From Acidobacteriota bacterium (GTDB lineage Bacteria > Acidobacteriota > Thermoanaerobaculia > Multivoradales > UBA5704): a stretch of 64,000 bases of DNA. The stretch spans positions 1 to 64,000 of the forward strand of contig JBDTZG010000025.1 in assembly GCA_040005235.1 (NCBI GenBank). The letters are read 5' to 3'. How positions within the stretch are numbered: the first letter of the stretch is position 1; each line of letters begins with the position of its first letter. The notes under the pieces were generated by a model. It saw only the letters and a list, made by a program, of their open reading frames with translations, did not search any database and was not told where the DNA came from. Below are positions 46,557-55,959 of this stretch, one piece after another. The translations under genes were made by a program, and so were the position numbers.

Positions 46557-47975
46557 ATGTTCGAAACGGAAAGGCCGCGGAGGTGGCGCGACTCGAAGCT
46601 GTTGAAGGTTTTTGGGGTGAGCATCCTGGTTCTGCTGCTGTTGATTCCGCTCGGCATGGTCCACAGTTTGGTTCTCGAACGGCAACAGCGACAGCTGTCG
46701 GTCCAGCAGGAGGTCGCAGGGATCTGGGGCTCCACGCAAACGCTCGCCGGACCGGTGTTGTCGATTCCCTACGAATCACTCTGTCCTATGGAGGAAACGT
46801 CAAAGAACGGGACTCAGGTCTTCGTCCCGCGCCCGTGCGAAAAGCTCGCGAACTTCCTTCCCGAAACGCTCTCCGTCAAGGGTCCTATCTCTCCAGAGAT
46901 TCGCTCGCGCGGGATTTTCAACGTCGTGGTCTATCGGGCGGATCTGCGGCTCGAGGGAGCCTTCGCGGTGCCGAGCTTCGACGAGCTGGTGCGTGACTCG
47001 GCTGCCGATGCGGGACCGGTCAGCAAGGTCTATTGGTCGCGGGCGTCGTTGAGCCTCGGCATCCCCGACCTGCGCGGCATCCGGGGACGGATCGACCTCG
47101 ATTGGCAAGGCCGGCGGATACCGTTTGCCCCGGGCGTCGTCGATTCGGGCCTTTGGAGCGCGGGGCTCCGCGCGCCGCTCCGGCTTGGCGACGACGGCAA
47201 GTTGCCCGCCGTGGGGGAGCGGTTTCCGTTCTCTTTGAGCCTGAATCTTGCGGGTTCCGGCGGCCTGCGCCTGATGCCGTTCGGTCGCCAGACCCATATG
47301 GCGCTGCGTTCCTCGTGGCCCAGCCCGAGCTTCGTCGGTGCATTTCTGCCGGAAACGCGGGCGATCCGCAAGGATGGTTTTCAGGCGGCTTGGAACGTTT
47401 CATATTACGGCCGGAGCTTCCCGCAACATTGGACCTCGGGAGAGACCGCGGCCCTTTCGGAGACGATCAACGGGTCTTCCTTCGGAGTCGACTTCGTCCA
47501 GCCGGTCGACATCTATCAGCAGACCGAGCGGTCGGTGAAATATGGCGCGCTGTTTCTGGTGCTCACGTTCGTGACGTTCTTCCTCTTCGAGCTGTTTCAG
47601 CCGATCCGGGTCCATCCGGTCCAATATCTGATGGTGGGATCGGCGCTCTGCCTGTTCTACGTGCTGCTGCTGTCGATCGCGGAGCAGCTCTCTTTCGGGA
47701 GAGCGTATCTCGTGGCTGCGGGAGCGACGGTCGCCCTCTTGGGCGCCTACGCCGCCGCCGTATTGCGGAGCTTAAGAAGGGCCGCTGTTTTTGCCGGAGT
47801 GCTCGGCCTTCTCTATGCCTACTTGTATGTCCTTCTCCAGGCCGAGGACTACGCGCTGCTGCTCGGCTCGATCGGACTGTTCCTGATTCTTGCGCTGGTG
47901 ATGCTGATCACCCGGCGGGTGGATTGGTACGGATCGACGGCGGTGCCTGCTCAAGCCGCGGTCGCAGGGCCCTGA
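46557..47975 (+). CDS. creD: Cell envelope integrity inner membrane protein CreD
   Basis: LLLIPL, QTLAGPVL.IPY, WPSPSF.G.FLP, YQ..ERSVKYG.LF, HPVQYL.VG, TRRVDWY. Confidence 0.92.
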   Translation: MFETERPRRWRDSKLLKVFGVSILVLLLLIPLGMVHSLVLERQQRQLSVQQEVAGIWGSTQTLAGPVLSIPYESLCPMEETSKNGTQVFVPRPCEKLANFLPETLSVKGPISPEIRSRGIFNVVVYRADLRLEGAFAVPSFDELVRDSAADAGPVSKVYWSRASLSLGIPDLRGIRGRIDLDWQGRRIPFAPGVVDSGLWSAGLRAPLRLGDDGKLPAVGERFPFSLSLNLAGSGGLRLMPFGRQTHMALRSSWPSPSFVGAFLPETRAIRKDGFQAAWNVSYYGRSFPQHWTSGETAALSETINGSSFGVDFVQPVDIYQQTERSVKYGALFLVLTFVTFFLFELFQPIRVHPVQYLMVGSALCLFYVLLLSIAEQLSFGRAYLVAAGATVALLGAYAAAVLRSLRRAAVFAGVLGLLYAYLYVLLQAEDYALLLGSIGLFLILALVMLITRRVDWYGSTAVPAQAAVAGP

Positions 47976-48076
47976 CGAATCGAAACCGGACGGAGACGCG
48001 TAGAATGTTCTCCGTCCGGTCCTTCCTCCTAGGGGAACGCCGCCGGAGGTGCGATCTCGGGGAAGGAAAGGCGCTC

Positions 48077-48844
48077 ATGCTCGGCATCGACGATTGGCTG
48101 GTGGGACAACACGCATCGGGAACTATGGCGTTGCTGGTCGCGCTGCTGCTCGGCCTGCGGCATGCGACCGATCCGGATCACCTGACAGCGGTCTCGACGC
48201 TGGTCCTGTCCGACCGGCGGCAGGGCACCCGCCGCGCGAGCTGGCTCGGTCTTTCTTGGGGCCTTGGGCACGCGACGACGCTATTCGTCTTCGGCCTGCC
48301 GGTGATTCTCTTTCGCAGCTATCTTCCCGAGGCGGTCCAGGCGGGTGCCGAGATCGTGATCGGCATCGTGATCGTGGCTCTCGCGGTGCGGCTCCTGGTG
48401 CGCTGGCGCCGTGGCGCGTTTCATGCCCATCCGCACGAGCACGAAGGGCAATCGCACGCCCACCCCCACGCCCACGAGCTGCGCGCTGCGGAGGACCACG
48501 CTTCGAAGCAGGCCCACGGTCACCGGCATGCCGAGACCCTCGGCCGCTCGCCGCTCGCCGCATTCGGCATCGGCATGCTGCACGGCGTCGGGGGGTCGGC
48601 GGCGGTCGGGGTGCTGCTGGTCGGAGCCGTCGCCAGCCGCGGTGAAGGCGTTATCGCGCTGTTTCTTTTCGCCGCCGCCACGGCGGTCTCGATGGCGCTC
48701 GTCTCGTCGGCCTTCGGCTACGCCCTAGCGCGCGGGCCGCTCTCGCGGCTGCTTTTGCGCTGGGTGCCGATCTTCGGAGCGTCGGGGATTCTGTTCGGCC
48801 TCTGGTACGCGCTCGACGCTCTGCGCGGCCTCACCGCCGGCTAG
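48077..48844 (+). CDS. NiCoT/UreH-like nickel-cobalt permease
   Basis: GLRHATDPDH, WGLGH, His-rich loop, GMLHGVGGS. Confidence 0.85.
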   Translation: MLGIDDWLVGQHASGTMALLVALLLGLRHATDPDHLTAVSTLVLSDRRQGTRRASWLGLSWGLGHATTLFVFGLPVILFRSYLPEAVQAGAEIVIGIVIVALAVRLLVRWRRGAFHAHPHEHEGQSHAHPHAHELRAAEDHASKQAHGHRHAETLGRSPLAAFGIGMLHGVGGSAAVGVLLVGAVASRGEGVIALFLFAAATAVSMALVSSAFGYALARGPLSRLLLRWVPIFGASGILFGLWYALDALRGLTAG

Positions 48845-48855
48845 CCACAAGCCCT

Positions 48856-48892
48856 AAAAACAAACCGGCGCCCGAGGAGATCGGGGCGCCGG
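48856..48892 (-). terminator. Rho-independent terminator
   Basis: CCGGCGCCC/GGGCGCCGG stem followed on the minus strand by TTTGTTTTT. Confidence 0.75.
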
Positions 48893-48932
48893 GGAAGATC
48901 TTTTGGCGCTGGAAGCGCCCCTTCGGAGGAAT

Positions 48933-49298
48933 CTACTCGTCGCCCGATTCCGCCTGGCAATTGACCAGCTCTTTGCTGGTGATCGTCCAGGTTCCCTTGC
49001 CGCCGCAGATGTCGACCGCTTCCACGACGCACTCGTCGCCGTCTTCGTCGACCAGCTTGACGTCGTAGGTGTCGCACGGAATGTTGGTGAGCTTGAACGA
49101 CTCGCCCTTGCCGATGACGTTCTCGTCAAGCTGGTCCGCGCCCCATTTGTCGGTTTCAGAGGGCGCCAGGAAGAACTGGTGGATTTCCCACTCGCTCTGG
49201 TTTGCGACGGTCACGGTGGCACTGGCTGCGGAAGCGACGGTGGGAAGGGTGAAAGCGAGAGCGCACAAGGCGCCCACGAACAGCGCTGACTTCTTCAA
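48933..49298 (-). CDS. Small acidic secreted protein
   Basis: AAGGAG RBS, MKK signal peptide, WGADQL...CDTYDVKLVDEDGDEC. Confidence 0.85.
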   Translation of the reverse strand: MKKSALFVGALCALAFTLPTVASAASATVTVANQSEWEIHQFFLAPSETDKWGADQLDENVIGKGESFKLTNIPCDTYDVKLVDEDGDECVVEAVDICGGKGTWTITSKELVNCQAESGDE

Positions 49299-49359
49299 TG
49301 GATTCTCCTTTCAGGGTAGGACATGAGAATACCACGGCGGCGCGGTAGAATTCATCGCG

Positions 49360-52128
49360 ATGTGGCCTTCCCTCCGTAGTTTTTCCATCTCTTTTCTGCT
49401 TGCCGCCCCGGTCCTTTCGCAGGCCCAATCCGTACCCTCGGCCCATTTTGCCGTGCCCATCGACGTCGTCGATGGCAAAGGCCGTCCGGTCGAAGACCTA
49501 ACCCTCGGGGACCTGGAGCTGACGGTCGGCGGGGCTCCGCAGAGGACCGCGGACCTCGGCGCCCCCTCTAAGACTTCAACCTGGCGGATCGTGCTCTATT
49601 TCGACCGGGTGACGACCGGCACGCGCTCTCTGCGCGCCGCGGCCGATGCGCTGATCGAGCAGCTTCCGGCGCTGGTGGCGCTCGGCGAGGTCGAGCTGGT
49701 GGTGGCCGAGCCGGAACCGCGCGAGCTGGTTCCGCCGACCCGCGCGGTAGCGCCGCTCGAAGAGGCGCTCGCCCAGCTGTTCGTGACGGCCGAAGGGCGC
49801 GACGATCTACGCCAGGCCCGCGCCCGGTTCGCCGCTCGGGAACCGGCGCCGGGCGATCTTCCGGGGGCCGATGCCAAAGACGCTCTCGGCACCGAAGAGC
49901 GGATTGCGCTGCGTCAACAGGATCGTTGGCTGGAGCTTCTGGCCCGGCCGTCTGCGGAGCCGATCGAGGGGGCCGGGTTCTCTTCGAGCCGAAGACCGCG
50001 CGCGATCTTTTGGGTGAGCGATGGCTACGACGTCGATCCGGCGCCTGCTTACGGCGTTTTAAGAACGGGCGCACCGCCGCTCGACCGGGCTTCGCGGGCG
50101 ACGGCGGAAGCCGCCGCCGAGCTGGGATGGACCGTCTTCGCGCTCCGGCTCGGGGACGAGAAACTGCCCGACACCCGGCGCTGGGGGCTGGCGCCGATGC
50201 AAGGCGGCCTCGGCGGTCGCGTGAGCCTGCCGGTGCCGATTCGCCCGATCGAGCCGACCGTGCCGCTTCCTTCGCTCGCCGACCCGGAACGGTCGTTGCG
50301 CCGGATCGCCGAGGTAACCGGGGGAGGGTTTGCCGCGACCCGGGCGGAGGTGGGCGCCCTCGTCGCTTCGTTCGGCCGGCGCCGCCAGCTTTCGTGGGAC
50401 GGCCCGGTGCTGCCGGCCGGAGGCTCGGCGACGATCGAGGTGCGGGCGAAAAAAAGCGCAAGGATCGTCCGCGCCCCTTTCCGGATCGGAGCGGGAATAC
50501 CGGCCGAGGTGGCGGCGGCGCGCGGCAGAGCGTTGCTCGCGGGCGAGGATTTGGACGTCGAATTCGACCTGCGCGCCGAGGAGATCCCGGGGGTCCCCGC
50601 GGAAGTTTCCGCGACGCCCGGGACATCCTCCACCAGCGGGACGGCGACCCCGGCGCGGATCGAAGCGCGGATCGAGGCGGTCCCAGGTGCTCCGGCTCTT
50701 CGCTACACGCGGCTCGTCGATTTGTTCGCGGCGCCCGAAGCGCTCGCACCGCCGGTAAATGTGCCTCCCGCCGGGACTTCCGGCGAGGCTTCCGGCGTTC
50801 GGGTGGAGAGCTGGCCGCTGGCACCCGGCGACGCGGGGGGCGGCGTGCTGATCGTCGACGATCCGGCCACCGGCCTGTTGGGCGCCTCGTTGATCGAACG
50901 ATCGGAGATCCCGGGTGCGCCCACCCGAGAGGACATCGCCGAAGTCGACGCCACCGCGCCGGGAACCGGTGCGGCCCCGACCGCCCGGCGGCCGAAGAAC
51001 GGTCTCTCGGTCAGGATCCTCCGGCCGCTGCCGGGCAAGGCCGAAGGTCCGGTCGAGGTCGAAGCGGAGGTCCGCATGGCGCCCGACGCGCGGCTCGATC
51101 GAGTCGAGTTCTTCTGGAACGACGAGCTGGCGGCGACCGCCTATATAGCGCCGTTCAAGCGGGCGGTACCGGTTCCGCGGGGCGGTCCGGTGGGATTCCT
51201 ACGCGTCGCGGCGCGCTTGGCCGACGGCACCGTGGTCGACGACGCGGTGCTGATGAACGCGGGCGCCTCCGGAGAGCGGGTGGACGTCCGGCTGGTCGAG
51301 GTGCCGGTGGTGGTCACCGATCGTGCCGGCCACCCGGTGCGCGGCCTGGTGCGCGAGGATTTCCGGTTGAAGAGGAACGGTACCGCGCAGGAGATCGCGG
51401 GCTTCGCGGATGCCGGCGATTTGCCGCTCACCTTGGCGCTCGCGGTCGATTCCTCTGCCAGCATGTTCTTGAAATTGCCGCGGGTGGAGCGGGCGGCGCG
51501 CTCGCTGCTGACCTCTTCGCTCGCGTCGCGCGACCGCGCGCTGCTGATCGATTTCGACAGTACGCCGCGCCTGCTCGCGCGCCCGACCCGCGATTTTCTC
51601 GGCGTGGCCGAGGCGCTCTCTTCGCTCCACGCCGACGGCGGCACGGCGCTTTGGAGCGCGGTGACCTTCAGCCTCCGCGAGCTGGCGGGCGTCGCCGGCA
51701 GAAAGGCGCTGGTCGTCTATTCCGACGGCGTCGGCGAGGAGGACCCGACCTCATATGGCGACTGCCTGCGCGCGGCGCGTGCGAGCGGCATCCCGGTCTA
51801 TCTGATCCTTTCCTCCTCGATCTCGGCGCGGAAAGCCGGCTCGCTGCTGCGCGAGCCGTTGGGCGAAAAGCTGGAACGGCTGGCCCACGCGACCGGCGGC
51901 GACGCGATCTTTCTCGACGCGAGCCTGGGCGCCGATCCGGGGCCGACCGACGATCTGTCCTCGGTCTACCGCCGGATTCTGGCCGAGCTGCGCAGCCAAT
52001 ACGTGTTGACGTTTTATCCGCCGGAAGGTAGCAGCGAGGCTTGGCAGAACCTTTCGGTCGAGGTCAAGAAACCGGGCCTCTCGGCCCGCGCCTTGGAGGG
52101 GTACGTCCCGCGCCGGTCAGCGCAGTAA
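49360..52128 (+). CDS. Acidobacterial-type VWA protein (degenerate VWA, Ig-like domain, MIDAS VWA)
   Basis: Signal peptide; two V.VxD..G.PV..L...D modules; DSSASM, GGTALW, RKALVVYSDG, ELRSQYVL. Confidence 0.88.
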   Translation: MWPSLRSFSISFLLAAPVLSQAQSVPSAHFAVPIDVVDGKGRPVEDLTLGDLELTVGGAPQRTADLGAPSKTSTWRIVLYFDRVTTGTRSLRAAADALIEQLPALVALGEVELVVAEPEPRELVPPTRAVAPLEEALAQLFVTAEGRDDLRQARARFAAREPAPGDLPGADAKDALGTEERIALRQQDRWLELLARPSAEPIEGAGFSSSRRPRAIFWVSDGYDVDPAPAYGVLRTGAPPLDRASRATAEAAAELGWTVFALRLGDEKLPDTRRWGLAPMQGGLGGRVSLPVPIRPIEPTVPLPSLADPERSLRRIAEVTGGGFAATRAEVGALVASFGRRRQLSWDGPVLPAGGSATIEVRAKKSARIVRAPFRIGAGIPAEVAAARGRALLAGEDLDVEFDLRAEEIPGVPAEVSATPGTSSTSGTATPARIEARIEAVPGAPALRYTRLVDLFAAPEALAPPVNVPPAGTSGEASGVRVESWPLAPGDAGGGVLIVDDPATGLLGASLIERSEIPGAPTREDIAEVDATAPGTGAAPTARRPKNGLSVRILRPLPGKAEGPVEVEAEVRMAPDARLDRVEFFWNDELAATAYIAPFKRAVPVPRGGPVGFLRVAARLADGTVVDDAVLMNAGASGERVDVRLVEVPVVVTDRAGHPVRGLVREDFRLKRNGTAQEIAGFADAGDLPLTLALAVDSSASMFLKLPRVERAARSLLTSSLASRDRALLIDFDSTPRLLARPTRDFLGVAEALSSLHADGGTALWSAVTFSLRELAGVAGRKALVVYSDGVGEEDPTSYGDCLRAARASGIPVYLILSSSISARKAGSLLREPLGEKLERLAHATGGDAIFLDASLGADPGPTDDLSSVYRRILAELRSQYVLTFYPPEGSSEAWQNLSVEVKKPGLSARALEGYVPRRSAQ

Positions 52129-52140
52129 ATTAAGGTTGCG

Positions 52141-54174
52141 TCACCAGATCCAGCAGCGCTGTTCCGGCGGTCTCACCATCGCCGATCCGGCCTTGCAGGC
52201 GAAGGCTTGTTGGAACTCCGGCGCATTGGACAGCGGCCCGATCACCCGGTACTTGGCGGTCGGGTGCGCGTCCGTCTTCACCATTTGACGCTCCAGCTCC
52301 AAGCTCTCGGCGCCGCCGCGGAACTGGCCCCAGGCGAGGAAGAACTGCTGTTCGGGGGAAAAGCCGTCGATCTCCGGCAGCGGGTGGTCCTGCATCGATC
52401 GCCGAAGGGCGCGATACGCGATGCGCATGCCGGCTAGATCTCCGAGCGCCTCGCCGAGAACCTGCTTGCCTGCCAGGTGAACGCCGGGCTCGATCGCATA
52501 ACCGTCGTATTGATCGACGGTGCATTGGCCGATCCGTTCGAACGCGTCGAGGTCGGCCTTCGTCCACCAGTTGCCCGGATGCCCGGTCGAGTTGAATTCT
52601 CTGCCCAGTTCGTCGATCGCGTGCGTCAGGTCGTGTGCGATCCCGATGCCGATCGCGCCGTAGTTCACGGCGTCCGAAGCGGCGAGGTCGAACGCCGGCT
52701 CTTGCAGAAAGCCGGCCGGCAATCCCATCACGTTGAGCTGGATATCGATGTACGCACCGGGCGACGACGGCGGCAGTTGCCAGAAAGCGCGGCTTGTGTG
52801 CTGTCCCACGCGCTTGCGCTGGGCCTCGACGCCGAAGCGTCGAGCCGCGGCCACGTCGACCCAGAACGCGTCCCGCCGAATGACGAGCGCCGAGGTGTCG
52901 GTCCACGCGTCGGGATAGCCCACCATCACCTCGAAGGTGGCAATCTTCGCGAGGGCCTGCTGTTTGGCCGTGTCGGACATCCATTTCATCTCGCCGAGGT
53001 CGTCTTTCAAAACCGCGAGCAGGTTGGCGACCATCTCCTGGACCTTCGCCTTGGCCGCGGGAGGGAAGTAGCGCTCGGCGTACACGCGGCCGAGGGGCTC
53101 GCCGAGCAAGGCCTCCGTCAATTCGAGACAGGCCGTCGCGCGGGATTCACTCGCGACGGCTCCGGACTCATCGGCGAACGGCTTCGAGAGCCACGGTGCC
53201 GCGGAATCGAGCAGGTGCCAGGTCAGGTAGGCCTTCCACGTCTCCACCGGCGTTGCCTGAAGCTCTCGGTCCACTCGTTCGAGAAACGCCGGCTCTGCGA
53301 CGTTGACGTCGATCCGCGGGAGCGAGGCCTCGGCGAAGTAGGTTTTCCAGTCGAAATTCTTCGCGAGTTGCGAGAGCTGGGCGAAGGTGAATTTGTGCGC
53401 CGTCGCCGCAGGATCGGCGGCTGCATCGGGCGCCAGGCTGGCCTCGGCCAGGTGGGTTTCGAGCGCCAGGATCTCGTCTGCTGCCTTCTCCGCCGCCAGG
53501 GCCTTCATTCCAGAGAGGGCAAGAACCTTGGCCACGTGCGCCCGATATTTCGCGCGAACTTCCACAAATGGCCGCTCGGGCTTCAAGTAGTCGTCACGGC
53601 CGGGCAACCCCAGACCTCCGGCCGCGATGTTTGCGACGACGCTTTGGGGATCGTGGAAGTCGGAGGCGGCGGTGAACGAGAATGGGGAGGGGATGGCGAT
53701 CTCGTGCAGCCGGCGGATCATGCGCTGGACGCCTTGGGTATTCTGGACGCCGGCGATCTCGGCGAGCCATGGAGCGAGCGGGGCAACGCCCAAGGCGTCG
53801 ATCGCCGGCTCGTTCATGCACGCCGCGAAGGAGTCGCCGAGCTGCTGCTCGACGCTGCCACGGGGCCGATCCGCCTTCGCGGCCAGTTCTTCCAGAAGGG
53901 CCGTCAACTGCCGCCGGTTCGTCTCGCGCCCCGCCGTCCGTCGGCTCCAGCGCTGTTCCCCTTTCGGGATGGGGTTTTTCGCGCGCCACGAGCCGTTGGC
54001 GAACGCATAGAAGTCGGTGCACGGGTCCGCGGCACGATCCAGGTCGCCGACCTCGATGCCTTTCGGCGCGGATACCGGAGCGGCGGAGATCGGCGCGACT
54101 TCCGCGGCCCCTGCAATCCCTCCAAACACCGCGATCGTCGCGACGACGATCCACGCGTTGCGGGTGGTGCTCAT
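52141..54174 (-). CDS. M13 (neprilysin/PepO) family metallopeptidase with a variant active site
   Basis: DPCTDFYAFANG.W, GYPD.W, NYGAIG..IAHDLTHAID..G, GEALGDLAG, QFFL.WGQ, H....RV.GPLSN; RBS and signal peptide. Confidence 0.9.
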   Translation of the reverse strand: MSTTRNAWIVVATIAVFGGIAGAAEVAPISAAPVSAPKGIEVGDLDRAADPCTDFYAFANGSWRAKNPIPKGEQRWSRRTAGRETNRRQLTALLEELAAKADRPRGSVEQQLGDSFAACMNEPAIDALGVAPLAPWLAEIAGVQNTQGVQRMIRRLHEIAIPSPFSFTAASDFHDPQSVVANIAAGGLGLPGRDDYLKPERPFVEVRAKYRAHVAKVLALSGMKALAAEKAADEILALETHLAEASLAPDAAADPAATAHKFTFAQLSQLAKNFDWKTYFAEASLPRIDVNVAEPAFLERVDRELQATPVETWKAYLTWHLLDSAAPWLSKPFADESGAVASESRATACLELTEALLGEPLGRVYAERYFPPAAKAKVQEMVANLLAVLKDDLGEMKWMSDTAKQQALAKIATFEVMVGYPDAWTDTSALVIRRDAFWVDVAAARRFGVEAQRKRVGQHTSRAFWQLPPSSPGAYIDIQLNVMGLPAGFLQEPAFDLAASDAVNYGAIGIGIAHDLTHAIDELGREFNSTGHPGNWWTKADLDAFERIGQCTVDQYDGYAIEPGVHLAGKQVLGEALGDLAGMRIAYRALRRSMQDHPLPEIDGFSPEQQFFLAWGQFRGGAESLELERQMVKTDAHPTAKYRVIGPLSNAPEFQQAFACKAGSAMVRPPEQRCWIW

Positions 54175-54782
54175 GCCGCTCTCCTTAGAAGAGGAACCTG
54201 TAAAGCGGCGATCACCGCCGCGGTGTCGACGACCGTGGCGAACTCGCCATGAAGGTCCGCCAGAGCGATCGCGTGAATCTGCTCCGCCGGGTGCTCGACG
54301 CCATCGGGCCCGACGCGATCGAAGGTTGCCGTGGCATCGGAGACGACCCAGGTCGCAAATCCCAGGTTGCCGGCCATCCGCGCGGTGGTCGAGATGCAGT
54401 GATTCGTGGTGAGCCCGACGATCACCAGGCCGCGACACCCGGCGTGCCGCAGATCGTCCTCCAGCGACGTGCCGATGAAGGCGCTGTTGACCCGCTTTTC
54501 GATCACCGCCTCGCCCGCGACCGGAGCCGTCTCGGGTTTGAATTCATTGCCGCGCTGACCGGGCCGCAGCGGTGACCAGGGATCGGTGGAAATGTGCTTG
54601 ACGTGGATAACCGGCCGGCCGGCCGCGCGCCAAGCGCGCAGCAGCTCAAAAGCACGCGGCTCCAGAGACGGATTGTTGCGCCGGCCCCAGCGCGGCTCGT
54701 CGAAGCCGAGCTGAAGATCGACGACCAGAAGGGTGGTGCCCTGCGGTTGGTTGGAAAGCATGGGCTCACGGTACGGGTTCAT
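54171..54782 (-). CDS. Isochorismatase-like cysteine hydrolase
   Basis: LLVVDLQ, EKRVNSAFIGT, GLTTNHCISTT. Confidence 0.92.
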   Translation of the reverse strand: MNPYREPMLSNQPQGTTLLVVDLQLGFDEPRWGRRNNPSLEPRAFELLRAWRAAGRPVIHVKHISTDPWSPLRPGQRGNEFKPETAPVAGEAVIEKRVNSAFIGTSLEDDLRHAGCRGLVIVGLTTNHCISTTARMAGNLGFATWVVSDATATFDRVGPDGVEHPAEQIHAIALADLHGEFATVVDTAAVIAALQVPLLRRAA

Positions 54783-54841
54783 CGCCCGCTCACCCAAACG
54801 CCGATGCCGCCGATCGGTAATGCCGATGATAGGTTCGCGCG

Positions 54842-55849
54842 GTGAAGAGCGAGCTGGAGCTGCGGCATCTGCGCGTCTTTGCGGCTGTGGTGGAGGCCGG
54901 AACCCACGCCCGCGCGGCCCGAGCGCTCGGTCTGTCGCAATCGACGGTCTCCGAGACCCTCAGTTCTCTGGAGCGCACTCTGGGTGTCGAGCTGTTCCGC
55001 AAGTCGGGGAAGGGCGCATCGGCACTCTCGCCCTCCGGCGAAGTCCTGCTCGGGTACGCTCGCCGGATGTCCGCGCTGAGCAGCGAGCTGGTCGGGGCGA
55101 TCGCCGACGCGTCGCCCGGCGTCAAGGCAACGCTGGGGATTTCGGCCGTCGAGTCGATCGGCGCCTACGTGCTTCCCAACCGGCTGGCTGCCCTTCGCGC
55201 GCGCTGGCCTTCGGTGCGGGTGGAGGTGCAGACCGGCAGTTGCGGCGAGATCCGCGAGCGGGTTGCAGCGGGCGAGTGCGACCTCGGCCTGGTGCTCGAA
55301 CCGGAGAACGGTCCTGAGCCCGGCGCGTTCCTCGCGAAGGCACGCCTGCTGATTCTCGGTGCCCCTGGTCATCCGTTGGTGCGCGGCACGGCTGGGGTGG
55401 GCGGGGCGACCGGAGTGGGCGCGGTGGCCGCCGTGGACCTGCTTCGGCGCTGCGACTTCTACATGTGCGATGCGGGGGGTAACTACCATCAGACGCTGCG
55501 CCAGCACTTCGAGGCGGCCGGTGTACCAGCTCCCCGGATGCAGGCGATGGGCACCATCGAGGGAGTGAAGCGCGGAATTCTGACCGGCGGATCGGCGCTC
55601 GGCCTGTTGCCCGAGCACGCCGTCGAGTCGGAGCTGAGAGACAACGTGCTCGCCGAGGTGCGCGTGAATCCGGCATTGCCCTCCGTGGTGCTGCGAGCCG
55701 TGCTGGCGCCCGGCGCGCGCTCGCCGGTGGCGGACGACCTGATCGAGGCTTTGCGCGGCTCGCCGCAGAGCGGTCTGCTGCTCACGGCCGCCGCGGCCGC
55801 CGCGACGATCGAGGGCGAAACGGCCCGCACCCGGCCGCGCCCGCGATAA
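54842..55849 (+). CDS. LysR family transcriptional regulator
   Basis: LRHLRVF...AARALGLSQSTVS...LERTLGVELF; divergent from the hydrolase. Confidence 0.92.
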   Translation: MKSELELRHLRVFAAVVEAGTHARAARALGLSQSTVSETLSSLERTLGVELFRKSGKGASALSPSGEVLLGYARRMSALSSELVGAIADASPGVKATLGISAVESIGAYVLPNRLAALRARWPSVRVEVQTGSCGEIRERVAAGECDLGLVLEPENGPEPGAFLAKARLLILGAPGHPLVRGTAGVGGATGVGAVAAVDLLRRCDFYMCDAGGNYHQTLRQHFEAAGVPAPRMQAMGTIEGVKRGILTGGSALGLLPEHAVESELRDNVLAEVRVNPALPSVVLRAVLAPGARSPVADDLIEALRGSPQSGLLLTAAAAAATIEGETARTRPRPR

Positions 55850-55959
55850 CTTGCGGCCGGCTCCGCCGATTTGCCACAATGCGGTTTCGAGCGCGAGATG
55901 TTTCTCCCGCGCCTCCAGCTCTCCCGGGTCTTCAATCCTCCGGAAAACGAGGGAACCCC

